A program made the translations under genes and the position numbers. Positions 21,957 to 34,500 of a stretch of DNA of 64,000 bases are shown piece by piece (positions within the stretch are counted from its first letter, which is position 1; each line of letters begins with the position of its first letter). Source of the stretch: Balanoglossus misakiensis. Its lineage: Eukaryota; Animalia; Hemichordata. Where the stretch lies: the NCBI GenBank assembly GCA_040954595.2, contig CM082584.2, forward strand, positions 7,521,919-7,585,918. Direction: 5' to 3'. The notes under the pieces were generated by a model. The model had not been told where the DNA came from. It did not search any database and saw only the letters and a program-made list of their open reading frames with translations.

Positions 21957-24900
21957 GTAGAGCTGTTGTCATTCAGTATTTATCTGTGTTTTGTTGCAGC
22001 TTGAGTATATATGTAGGAAATTACATTATTTATTTTCCTCAATTTTTGTCTAAATTTATGTGCTTGCAATATGTCGTAACAGTCAGGGAATTTTGTAAAA
22101 AAACTTCATTTGGCAGAATTTATATTTACACATTTTTCAGGAACTTTTGGATGTTTTTGTGATTTTATAGTTCTTTGTATCTGTTCTTATAATGTGCATG
22201 TATTTGGTAAAAGATGAAATCTTAGTAGTGTGGATTCAGTTGGTCTTGATTGTATTTGTTTATCTTTCTTCAGAACATCCTGTACACCCCTATTTTCTGG
22301 TACATAGGTCCAACCATGCCTGTAAAAAATGTAGGGTTGTACCAAATTACCATAGCGAACAGGTGAATTTGTATGCTGCGTTGATGTGTTTTGTGCCTCT
22401 TATGCGTGTCCCATGCCCATGCTGTTTTTTCATTTCCTTTACTACCAAACCACCTCAGGCAGGAGAAGGGAAAAAGTCAGTTCCATGCAAGAACCTTCGC
22501 GTCATTCGTGATGGGCCTGCTATTCTCACACTGGGTTGCTGTGAATGTCTCGCTGTTTAGGGAAAGCTGAGAAGTCGATTCTTCATCGAGCTCTTAATTT
22601 TGTGTTCAATCCGGCATCATTTCAGTCCTTTGCAGGTTTCCCTGTCCAGGTTCCCCCTCAAAATTTACAGTCTGCAGCAAATCAATATTAGCATAGTCAG
22701 CCTTTCAGCCCCCTCTGTAGACTGGCAATTGCTTACTGTATTCTCATCACAATGAGTAAATCTACCCATCGATCAAACACTTTCAGCTCGTACAAGCAAT
22801 GATCAAACTCACCAGGGAATAGTTGAAGTCAGTTCATCCCGGCCAGGGATATTTGTGCCAAGGTCAGACACACTTACATGTACTTAAGTTATTCTACACA
22901 ATGTATGACTTATAGTTTCTTGATAAATAATGAAAAAGTGTCTGCTTCCAAGAAAATATTAAACCAGATCATGTGACCGGAACGTAGAACATGTCACATT
23001 GTCAATTATGCAATTCATAGGAGTTCTACATGTACTTTATCTACATGTATTTCTTATATACATGTACAATGTAATGTGCGTTTTTATCAAATATAAAATC
23101 ACAATCTTCTTCAATGGAAACTCTTCTGTGATAGTAACCATCCAATTAAAGAATTGTTATCCAGGACAGGGCATGAATACAGTTATACCCCATAAAAAAT
23201 GGCAGAATGTCTTTGAGAAAATACTTTTTTTAGACACTGATAAAATTTAGTTGCTTGCTTTAAGCCAGGCTGGAGCCACAAATGGATTGATAAGAGTGTG
23301 TGTTTCAAGGTGACATAATCAAGTCGTCTTCTGTCTTCCCTCTAATCATGGCTGGAAGGTGATACACTGGAAATTTTGTTGTCTTCTCCGTAATCTTGGC
23401 CAGTAATTTGATATTTTCTATCCTGTTGGCTCCGGCAGTAGTTCCTGCATTTATCAGGTTTCATTTGAGATGAACAGTCTGTATTACATGTACCTCCTGA
23501 AGATTAAACGATGCCTAGGTTACCTGGCAGTATATTTGATTGTGGTGTTTGTAGTGTTTCTATATTTAAAAAAAAGTTCGTCGCTGAAAAGGCAGTTGAT
23601 TGAATTTCAAGCAAAGGCTTATTTCATCGGCTGTGGATCTGGGCTGCATCTCCCTCACTTGTATCTGTGAGTGACTTTCCATTGGGTTAATATTCTCCCT
23701 CATTCATTGGCGAAGTAAATTGAAACATTTATGATCAATTTTACATGGTGCCTGTTGATCCAAATCTGCATTGGCCCAGAAATAAAAGTTTAAGTTAATT
23801 TTGTTGATATCAACTGCATGTAAAATAAAGCTGGGATTGTTGACAGGTATGTTTGTGTGTTTACAGGATGAAACAGCAAGTGCGTCGATGGTACAAACAA
23901 GTTTCTTTTATTAACTGCTACATTCTTCCGAAAGTGTGTCTTTGAGTTTGACAAGGCAGACTGGAATGATTCTCTCCAAGCATATACTGTAGTTATTCAA
24001 ACATGCTTTGTTCGACAGAAGCATTTTGTTGGACCAAGAGGGTAGGCCAATTTTGTGTACAGTACACGTACAAAGAGCTTGGTTCAGTCGGTGCAGGGGT
24101 CTTGACAATGTACGGTCTGTTTGGTTTTCTTTGAAAGTGGCCTGCATGGCAGTCATGTGAGAGTAAATCCATGTAATGTGTACGGGATTGTTATTTCAGG
24201 TCATGGCCATCTCCCACGGGTTCACATTGTCTATTGTTTGGATTGTTCCTTATCTATCCTCTGGCTATTCCAGAGGAGGTTGATGTTTGTTGAATAGATG
24301 TACTTTAGTGGAAATGAATGGACAAACTGTGTCAATAATATAGGGCTGTTCACTAAATGCGGCCATGTATCATGTGTATGGATGAAGGGCCTGTATGTAC
24401 AGCGTACCATAAGGCGAATTTGATACTGTGATAGTTTAATACTTTGCACATTGTGCTAGAGTAGGTACATGGTTCGATTTTGTGGATAATGCTACTTTTG
24501 TACACTTTTCATCACTAAATTAAAAGTGTTCATATCGCACAATTTTATGGTAAATTTTTGAGGTGTGACTCTTGTTAATATTCGAAGGACGCCCTCTTAA
24601 GTTGTGCTATAACAAGAGAGGTAATTCAGTGACTAAATGAACTGTAGAGGGTGTACTTACCACTGCCCTCGTTAATGGTTGTGAAAGTACGTTCAAATTC
24701 TACTATGGAGCATGCTGCAGTCTTGAAGGATATAATGCGCCATTAGTAAATATACATGTTAGAAGAATGGTATGAAAACTGGAGAAAAACCTGTTTTTGT
24801 AAAATATTTAAATAGATCAAAAACGAAGCATCTTTTCAATTCAGCTATCTATAGATCTGATGAAGAGTTCAAGGCTAAAACCTGTTTTATTGCTGGCTTT

Positions 24901-25251
24901 AACTCCTGATTGAACCAACGCTGTATAATCTATATTGTCAGTCATTTAATTTAAGGGGGCATTGTGGCCTGATTGTGTGGGATTCTGGGAAGTCATTAGA
25001 GGGAAATTGCTGTGAAGGATACTCAGCCTAGAATGGTTGAGAAGCCATTAGAAAATGTCTTGCTGACGCTGCTCTCTCAAGAATGATGTATGCAGCTATG
25101 CAATTTGTATAAAAATACTGCAAGTCTTGGAAAATTGTAAGGTCTTTAGCTCCCATTTGGTATATACCAGGGGGAACCTCTTGGATCATTTGGTGTCTAT
25201 CGGCCAGTCTGTCTGTCTGTATAAAATATAATACATGTATGTATGTATGTG

Positions 25252-25262
25252 GTGTGTGTGTT

Positions 25263-25293
<31 letters not shown>

Positions 25294-25294
25294 G
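25252..25294. repeat. (GT)n microsatellite
   Basis: Direct reading. Confidence 0.85.
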
Positions 25295-27036
25295 TACAGA
25301 TTACAAATCTGTATAAAGTGTGCACTTCTTTTTTTGACTTTTTTTATTCAGAGAGGCCCTGGAAGATGTCAGCAGTTTGAAGTGTCGTTGAAAATATTAA
25401 TGTACAAATGTACTTGTACATCCACAAATTATAAAATACAAACAATTTAATGGAGCTTCTGTCGTAAACCTTTGACCCATCGCTTCATCTAACCACGGAG
25501 AAAAAAATACAACATAAAATCTGCCTTGTGATGTATGAGCTTTGGCGAGTCTGGAGCAGGTACTCGTTCCTCCCAAGAAAAGCTCAACGATTTATTTTTA
25601 CTCTGTGTATGATTTGCAACAAGCTGAGTAGTTGCCAGCGGCAAAATTGCGGTAAAATGATTGTTATTTTGTAATCTGGTTGAATATGATACCGTACAAT
25701 GATTGCCTTGATGGCAATATTACCAATATATTCACAATTCCCCGGTAGTCACTTGCGGTATATGGCTGAGTGATAATGCTGCCTTTGATCAGCAGAAAGT
25801 GAATTAGGCAAATGACTACTTGATTACGAAGCAGGAGACAGAAAAAATGTTGTGTGAGAAAATTTAGAGATTTTTGTCAATGTCAGCAAGAAGTCTCGAT
25901 TTTTCTCAGTTGTCAATTGGAGGCTTCAGTGAATAAAATATGAAACCAGCGTTGAATAAAACGCGAAAAAATGAAGTATTGCTTTTTTAAAGAAAAAAAA
26001 AACTGTGTCATGTAGCAAAGGACTGTATGTAGACAAGGGATGACCTTGTCTACTTTGAACTAAAACAGCTAAGGCATTGCTTATTAGCAACCGTCAACAA
26101 TGGCCTGAGATAGTATTGCAAGCTCAAGAATCTCTTTTATGTTTGAGATGCTTTTGCATACAAGTCTACAGCGATACAGAATTTTCTTGTAAATTGCAAA
26201 AAGTAAATACTTGTAATGTTAGATTTGATCAAATGTGCTTCCTTTCTGTGTTTTCAAGCTGTATTGATAACAAAAACTACAGATATATTCCTCTTCTCCG
26301 TGACTCGCAAGTCTGGGATAAAATCCTGCAGAACAGACAACAAGAAATTCTTGGAATATTTACATGTACTGGACTGAACCCTCTGACTTTTAATCTTCCT
26401 GAAAAAAAAGACGAACAATAAGAATCCCCTTTTGTTAACGAGAATAGCACTGAATTGTGCGAAACGGTCACCATGGTGATGGCGGCAATTTGCCTTAATT
26501 TGCCCAATTGTGTCTTTAGCCGGGACACAATTGTCTGTGCGGAGACGTCAATTATAACAATCGGTCTGTGACAGTCTGTAATAATGCCACCTAACACCAG
26601 CAACAGCTGATTTGGGGAGCCATTTTGCCGACCACAGCCGTTTAAACTCTAATCGCTCAATAAAAGCGCAAAAACAGTGCGTTGTTGGTTTTTCTCTCTC
26701 CCCAGACTACATGTTTTTGCAATTATCTGTGGACATTCAAGGGTTGTTCTTCTGTCTTGTGTTTCATTAATAGAATGACAACTGGGGGTTGAGGGTAGTA
26801 GTGAGTCTCTCGCCGTCATCTGGTTTCCATGGCGACACATGCTGTTCACTGGTAGAAGTGCCTTCTTTCAAGTTTATTTTTAAAACATTTCAAAAGACTG
26901 ACGTATATATATACACCCCTTTGTGCAAAGAAAGATGTGTTCCTTCAACTTAAAGGGTGATATTAAGATTTCTTTCTGAAAAATTGATATTTTGAGGGTG
27001 TTATATAACTCCTTGGAATAGCCTATGTTAACTTAA

Positions 27037-27114
27037 CCCTTTCACCACCATGGTTCAGTCCAAACTCATTGTTTTCTACGGTTACTAAGGTAGAGGGAAC
27101 TTGAGCTGAAAGGG
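27037..27114 (+). mobile_element. ~85-bp TTAA/CCCTTTCACC MITE family, copy B
   Basis: TTAA|CCCTTTCACCACCATGGTTCAGTCCAAA...AGAGGGAACTTGAGCTGAAAGGG|TAAA. Confidence 0.8.
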
Positions 27115-28457
27115 TAAAAAATACGGAATCAAATTCAGTTTTATTGAGCAGAAATACTCCCAGCAAAACTGACTCAGATGTCAACGTCAAGTATGTGATA
27201 TGAAAATGACATTTAGAGCGCTGAACATTTCATTTCCCGGGTGACTGGATATAGTGAAAATCAATTTTCAGCTCCATCCTAATAACCGACTGAGTGAACT
27301 GTCAGATTGATAATAGATCACACAGGAGAAAGCCGCATCATGGCATTATCCATGCATGAAATGCGCGAAGGCAGACAAGAGTAGTGATGATGCATCATTG
27401 GACGCATTATTTTTTTCCCCTCTTAAAACATGCATTGAATTCAGCTGCCTTGTTTCTGACATATGTCATTTTATTGTAAGATTATGGTTAAAGTGACAAA
27501 ACCCACTGCAGTCATGGTTTGAAAATGACACACAATATCAGGATGATTATAATTGGAATACATGATGTGGAAGCTGGACTGTGTTATGGTGATAGGTACT
27601 TGACAGTGCAGCCTGGTCGATGTGACAGTGACAGGTTTTCTTTTGAGGATCATTAAAACAATAATACTACTCACAGCAGACACTGACACATTGCCATTTT
27701 GGCAACATCCACTCTCTCACTGTCTCTCACTGCAAGTGGTGACTATTTCCATGGCAACTACGTCAAAATGTACTGTACCCAATCGATAGTTCACCAGCTC
27801 GCCTCCCATTGGCTGGGACCTTGTGAGTGGCGATTTGCATAATTTATGCCCAGGTCGTGCTTCGGTAAGTGGATGTTAATGAGACTGCGATACTCATGCC
27901 TTAGCGGAAGATCTTCTCTTTGCTTGAGTCAGTCAGTCAGAACTGTGAACTAGGCGCGATGTGTTGTGTAGTGTCTGCTGTTGTGTTTTAGCTTTTGAAA
28001 AAGCATTCAGGAGTGTTTCTTCTGTCAACGTGCGTGGACTCTGCTAGTGGTACCTCTAAAAGCAAAAAATACAGCACACACAAAGTGACAATGATGTCCT
28101 CAGTGTGTGGGAACAGACATCTTGCTTGTCATCTGCAGTCCTTTTAAATTCCACCACTGCTTGTAGCCAGGAGTGCTATCTCTTGTCAAAGTCAAGATTG
28201 CTGCCGTTCGAGCCGGAATGACCATGGATGTTAGTCCGAGAGTCTCTGGCGCCGCTGCTGCCAGCATCCGAACCTTTGCTCTGATGGACGCACAGTGCCT
28301 GGCAAGTTAGAATTCAAGAAGTCTCCGGTTTTTACAATCTGAGGATCTTCTCCAGACTTCTGCGTCCGTCCGTAGCAAGTCTACCGCAGCGACAATAACA
28401 TTTGCATTGACCTTCAGTTGGAGCGAAAACAAAACCTCACATCGACATCGTACAGCC

Positions 28458-28520
28458 ATGATGAAACCACTGCACGAACGCCGGCCAAGGGCACAGCAAC
28501 CCTGTAGGATACAAATAGTG
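28458..28520 (+). CDS. Candidate alternative first coding exon of MAST (MMKPLHERRPRAQQPCRIQIV)
   Basis: GCC-ATG; 21 codons ending at donor GTG|GTAGGC, phase 0; upstream X-box (27745), CCAAT, octamer ATTTGCAT and a GC-richer leader. Confidence 0.45.
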
Positions 28521-31500
28521 GTAGGCATCCCTAGACTTGTTTTTGTATAAAGTCAAGTTCACGTGTCAAATTTCACGTCGTATTTACTTTTTGGGCCAGC
28601 CTGGCTTGAGAGACCCCCAGTGTGACCTCGCCATAAAATTTCAGATCAGAAATATTTTTATTCCTCTATGAATTTATGCCATGGTCCTTTCTAAAAATAA
28701 ATTCCATTATAAATATGAATGGTGTGGGATTTTTTACCAGTGATGTGAAATGTGGTGTCCACTCTTATTCACATCAGCTATGATGGCTTTCAACTCAAGA
28801 GAATATAGAGTTTCTCTGCTTGGCATGCGTCAGACTTTAAAGCAAGCAGCATATTGAGATGACATTTAGTCTATCGCTGTCATAAATTCTCAAAGTCTGC
28901 CTAATGGACATGTTAACAGCCGTACAATAGAAGTGCTTGTGGTCTGAGTCAGTCACTTTAATATGGTGTCATATTTTCATAGTTGACATTCTATCATGTG
29001 TAATTAGTCTGTATTTTTTTTAATCGCTTCTCAACTCTCCCCTCCCTTATCGACCTTGGGTTATTTGCTTTTCTGTTCTGTAGTTTTGAATTTACTTTAA
29101 TCCTTTTTTGTTCCTGATAGAAATTGTTGATTCTACTACATTTGTATTAATCAAAACTCTGCAGAACCTGATGTGGTCATAAATGGATTAACGTGTCTTA
29201 CGTAATTCCATATTGGCGACAATTTTTTGGACATTTGGAAGCAGAGCTTTTGAAAGTGAAGCAGCGCGACTACAAACAGTGCGTGTGAAATATCCTATGG
29301 GTGTTTGCATTTGATGTACATGTATATTGTTGCAGCGATGACAAGCTCAGATTTATGGCCTCATGATTGCAGGAAAGGGATATCTGATCATATTGTTTAC
29401 TTTATGCGATCAATTCTTGATTAAATCCTGTCACTCTGTGGTGGTTTTGTTTGCCGACAGTTTTGATATGACATGAAAATCATTCCCTTGATGTGATATA
29501 AGAGCCTGCCTTGATTTAATGGGAAAGGCAGAGAACTGTTTCTGTCTTGTTTTCTGCAAGGAGTGGTGTACATGTACACCTTGTCGGTCGGTGTGACCCG
29601 GTGACCTTGATCTTGAGCCGATGAGGTTTCCGCCGTTGTCACTCAGTGAGTTCGTTTCCCTTCCCACCTCCCGTCGTCATTGTCATGCAGGGGGGGATAT
29701 TATCTCACGGATCTCTTGCCGCACGCAGTGAAGTGAACTTGGCCTGATGTGAAGATTGTTAACCCTGCGTCGGTTGCTCTCTGCGTACTAATGAGTCTGC
29801 GGGAGAATTTCGCGAGACGCCACTCAGCGATGTCGGAGATGCCGCTCGCTGGCAGATTCAACTGAGCGTCGCTGCATCCGATCACTATGGCGATGGCAGG
29901 TTAATGGGGGGCTCGGTTTCAGAGAATCTTCATGGATTCGAAATACTTTCAAATTGTAGTGTTCCGGTATAATTAGATGCCACAGAAAATATGGACATCT
30001 GTACATACATTTGTACCTGGTGAAATAAAGTTGCATTAAATCCGATGTCCCATGGACATAAATCTAGATTATTGTCATGAATAACAGATGATTTTTAAAT
30101 GTCATACCCTCCCGGCTATGTGATCTAGTTTTTCTCAGGAACAGTCTGATGCTCTCCCTGTCGCCGTGGTTTATGCTTTGAACTTTTGCTTTGAAGTAGC
30201 ATTTCAAAGTTTATACTGAGAGTGACACACTTCAAAGCACAGACATTTTTAATTTTCTTCTGCTGCAATTCTCTACATTTCGGATAGAAATGAAATAAAT
30301 CAACATTTTCAGTTGTATCTCTCATGTCTGGGCTCAGTCTGGAAATTGTTTCAGTCACTCAGCCAGCCAGACCCCGGTTTATTCAACAATTTCGGGTTAG
30401 AGTGCTTCTGTTCAACATTTCCTTGCGTGCCAACCCACTTCTGATTTTGCAATCAGTCCGCGCGCATTCACCAGAAAATTTTTGCCGAATGGAAATTCAA
30501 TCCCACATTTCATTGCAACCCAAAACCACAGACATGTACGCGCCGTGTTCTCTCTGAACTCCGCCAGCCTCTAAGGAACGGAAGACGTTTGCTGATTTGA
30601 GAGGAAAAAAAATGAAAGGATCACATAGAGGTCATCCTTCTGCTGTTTCACTTCCATTAAAAATTCTTGCTTCATTCCAGAAAATGCTGACATTGGTCCC
30701 GTTGCCTTTGGGCGCAGTGGGCAAGGTCCTGATTGGTCATGATTTTGTTTGTTTGTTTGTGGTCTGTGTAGACCCTCTGACGGTGCATTCTCAGAAGCTA
30801 GCCATATCTTATCGCTAATGGACTTACAATCAAACATAATGTATAATGCGTTCCTCTCATACAATCCCATATGTTGTACATTCAGGTTATCAAATAGTCA
30901 CTGGGAAAGGAAATTTTCATTTTACATCGGGATATATTATTTTAAAAAGTCAGACATGTTTCATTTTACCTTTTATACGAATGTCCCAGCAAATTTCAAG
31001 TTCGAAGGTCATTCAAAGTACACGTGAGTGATTGGTCAGGACTTATGTCAACAAACATAAAGTAAATGCCACTTCTGAAACAACCGTTACACGCAACTCA
31101 ACCATTATGATTGATAGCGCTATAAATTTCACTCATGACAAGAAAACCTGCGCTGTAATAAATACTCCATACTATGGTTAAAAAAATCTTGTGATCTGAA
31201 AACCTAATGATAATTTTTTTTTGTGCTGGGGGGTGAGTTTGTATGTATTCTTTGGAGTCTGCTAGTAGTAGTAGTGCTTCACGCTTCATATGTACGATGT
31301 AGGTTTTCCTTCTTTACCAGTATTGAAAGCCATACGTTTTGAGTCAGTGTGTGGTAATTGACTCGCCTACAAATGATGTCCAAATTGGATTTCGCTTCTG
31401 ATGGTACGATTTGTTCAGTGCAGGTTTTTTTTATAGAAAAGATGATGGCAGATCAGAATTACCTCTGTGTGCCACTGGCGTTTTTTTCCCCTGTCATTAA

Positions 31501-34500
31501 TTTGGGACTGAAACATTGTAATACGTATGTGTGTACATCTGATTGCCAATTTGACATTGACAACTGATTTGTTGACACAGACCAATTTAAAACAAAGTCA
31601 CCTCCATCGACCGAAAGTGAAAAAATGGCCGTCGGCAGTGAACGCAGTCTCTGTTTGAGCAATGAAAAATCCTGATTCAGTGTCAGATGTGAGACTTCCC
31701 GTACTTGGGATCATGTTTAAACAACACCCTGTCCTTTCTCAGGTGAACGAAATACTCGGTCCTCGGAATCTGGCGCAACTCTGTGTCTGCCCGCCTTAAA
31801 TGAATGTTCACAATACATATGTCATCTTTTGAAGACTCTTTATGGAGCGACCGCTGACAGCCAGAGTTATTTTAATGAGAGTTCACGTCGCGAGTCGGTA
31901 TAGAGAGGGCAACTGATGAATAGCATCTAGCGGTCACCTCTGAACCTGTGTTAAAACAGTTATTGTTCTACGGCAGCCAAGAGTTTACTTACCATGAAAT
32001 TTAGACAAATTGTCATAGAAAGGGTGTCTCTGTTTTTTTTTCTCTTTTGCCGAATGGAAGCACTATTTTTTGTCCAGTACCAGTTGGTGTGGTCTGACTG
32101 ATACCATGGCAACAGTTGTAAACATGCTTGTGGGGTTGCAGGAACCCCAGATTATAATATGTGTGTGTTCCCCTATGTTGATGTGTAGCCTGATTTATAT
32201 TACATCGAGCGACTTTGATATTGAGATGTTTTTGGGTCAAGAGGGATCTGCCAAATATGGTGACTGGTGACCTTCCCTTTTGTTCGAAAAATTACAACAT
32301 TGCCAAGGTAACATTTTGTGTTGTCGGCCATGTGGAAAACTGAAGGTTTCTGAGCAAGGAGAGAGAGGCTTTCTTGGGTTCACATTACACCACAATACAC
32401 AACACCATATAATGCAGTAAATCTGACAGGCACCCAGTATGCACACAAACTTTTCTACTGATTATTATCCGGACCACCTTATAGCGCGCAGTATTTTGTT
32501 CATTCCTACACACATAAATAACCCCTTTATGTCATTCCCCCCTCCCCCCCATTCAACACATGCACCAGATCTTCCCATGTTATTGCTGCATGGTCGGTTG
32601 CGTTATTTTACCCATGGCTCATTTCAAAGCCGAACTGATCTCTCTCTGCAAATCATCGGGCGAGCACAGTCGCCCCATCAATCACCATTCTTTTAATCAG
32701 GGGAAAGCCGTTCGAGTGGGAAAATGCGTATCCATGGAAACACCATGAATTCGTGTCCAAGGAGACGTAATGGGCATTCTTGTTTCGTCATTGAACTAAA
32801 AAGCGGAGTTGTGTGACTTACTTTTCAGTGTTTGTCGATATGAGTTGAGAAATGCTTTAAATAAAAACTGATATATCATTCCTGGAGCATGTTGTCAGAA
32901 TTTTTGGCATGATTACATGTAATGTGGTTTAGGGAGTATTCAGACCTTGTCTGGGCGCTGCTGTTGACGTGAATTTTTTCTTCTTCTGCGGAGGACGGTT
33001 TGCTTTGCAGGATAAGAGAGGCTGTGATGTCATCCGATACCGTCTCTGGAAGACACACTCTGTTCTTCAGAGCGACTCAAGGATGCGGGGCCAGGTTATT
33101 AAAATGGCAATTGAAACTTCGGCTGAAAATGAGCGAAAACTCTCAAGGGGCTGTTCTCTTGTCAGGTATTCAGAGACCGAATGACGGATGATCCAATCAG
33201 TGATCGGGGAAGGGGAGAGGAGGGGGGGGGGGGGGTTGTATTGACCTTGGTCCCTCCGGTGTCGGGTGGTCAGCAGCGTAGTTTGACCCCTGGAAGGTCA
33301 CTGGCTGATGGTGATGGAACAGCACTTAAGGGAAGGTACATTGCGTCGCTGTCGATGCTAATGAGCTTGCAGAACACGGGAATGAAATGAACAGGTGGAT
33401 TGGAATCCCGGATTATGTTTTGCTTTTACCAGGGGCACCCTACTTGGTTGGAGTATGGTGCTGGAATATTCAGGAAGGCGCTTACATCCATGAGACGGCT
33501 CCTTAGTTAGCAAATAATAACTGTATTCTGAATTGTTCGACTTTATTGTCTATACATACTATTAGATCTTTCAGAAAAAAGATCTGAAATTATGTAGAGA
33601 CCATTCAATTGGACCTTTTAGTATACTGCTGACAGTGTTTTTTCAATTCCCTTAATTGCAAAAATGCAGATTGATAGTGCCCAGCAGAGTGGATCTTAAA
33701 ATTGGAAATATACAGTACACTCCAGCGATCTAACAGTGCAGTATCTGAAGAAAATGTGTCAAGCATTTCTTAACTGAAATTTTGCAGTATAAAATTCATT
33801 AAAATATACAATTTAGAATTTTTTCCCACTGGAAGCAAACAATAGCAGTCTTACATGTAGTCTTGAAATGTAGTTTGCATTTCTGAAGGAATTATACAAA
33901 CAATTCTCTCGCAGTTTGTCATGTGTTGATCATATCATGAACAGTATCTCCATGGAGGACAGTGTTGCCATGGTTACATTCGACTCTCTCACCGAGGGGT
34001 TGCTATGGCGCAGTGAGAAATCCTGGTAATGGGCTGCCTTGGTAGAGTACTAGCGAAGACTACATGTATCAGCTATTTCTTTCATCCAGAGGTCTCCATT
34101 TTAAAAAACCATGTTTTTGAAGTGAAATCCTTTAAACATGGAAGTATAGACCCCAGAGAGATCTGCAGTACAAGCTCTGGTAACACAATTTACAGTGGAA
34201 AAAAATCCTGCATTCGCCAACAACATGATTCTACCATTTGGTCACCCACAGTATCTCAGAGTACGAGTTGGTTCGACAGAAACCGCAGCCAGCTTTGAAG
34301 TCACTTCCCAGTAATAGCATTGATGTCATCTCAGTGCATCGTTCACAATGCAGTCACTGTCGGTCTGTTAAATACAATATGCCGTAAAATAAACAACTCA
34401 CGGGCAGATGTATTGCACAATGGCGCATTGTCGCCCTGTCTCTGCAGTCGTCAGTGGGTTCGTCAGGGTCAGCACAATGAATCAGTCTGTGTTTAGTGAA

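Noticed and set aside
27846-27870. ATG...TTCG|GTAAGT mini-exon (MPRSCF, phase 1)
   Set aside because: Poor start context and embedded in a promoter-like motif cluster; isolated GTAAGT/GTGAGT hexamers (also ~10129, 43774, 44450, 49254) are expected by chance.
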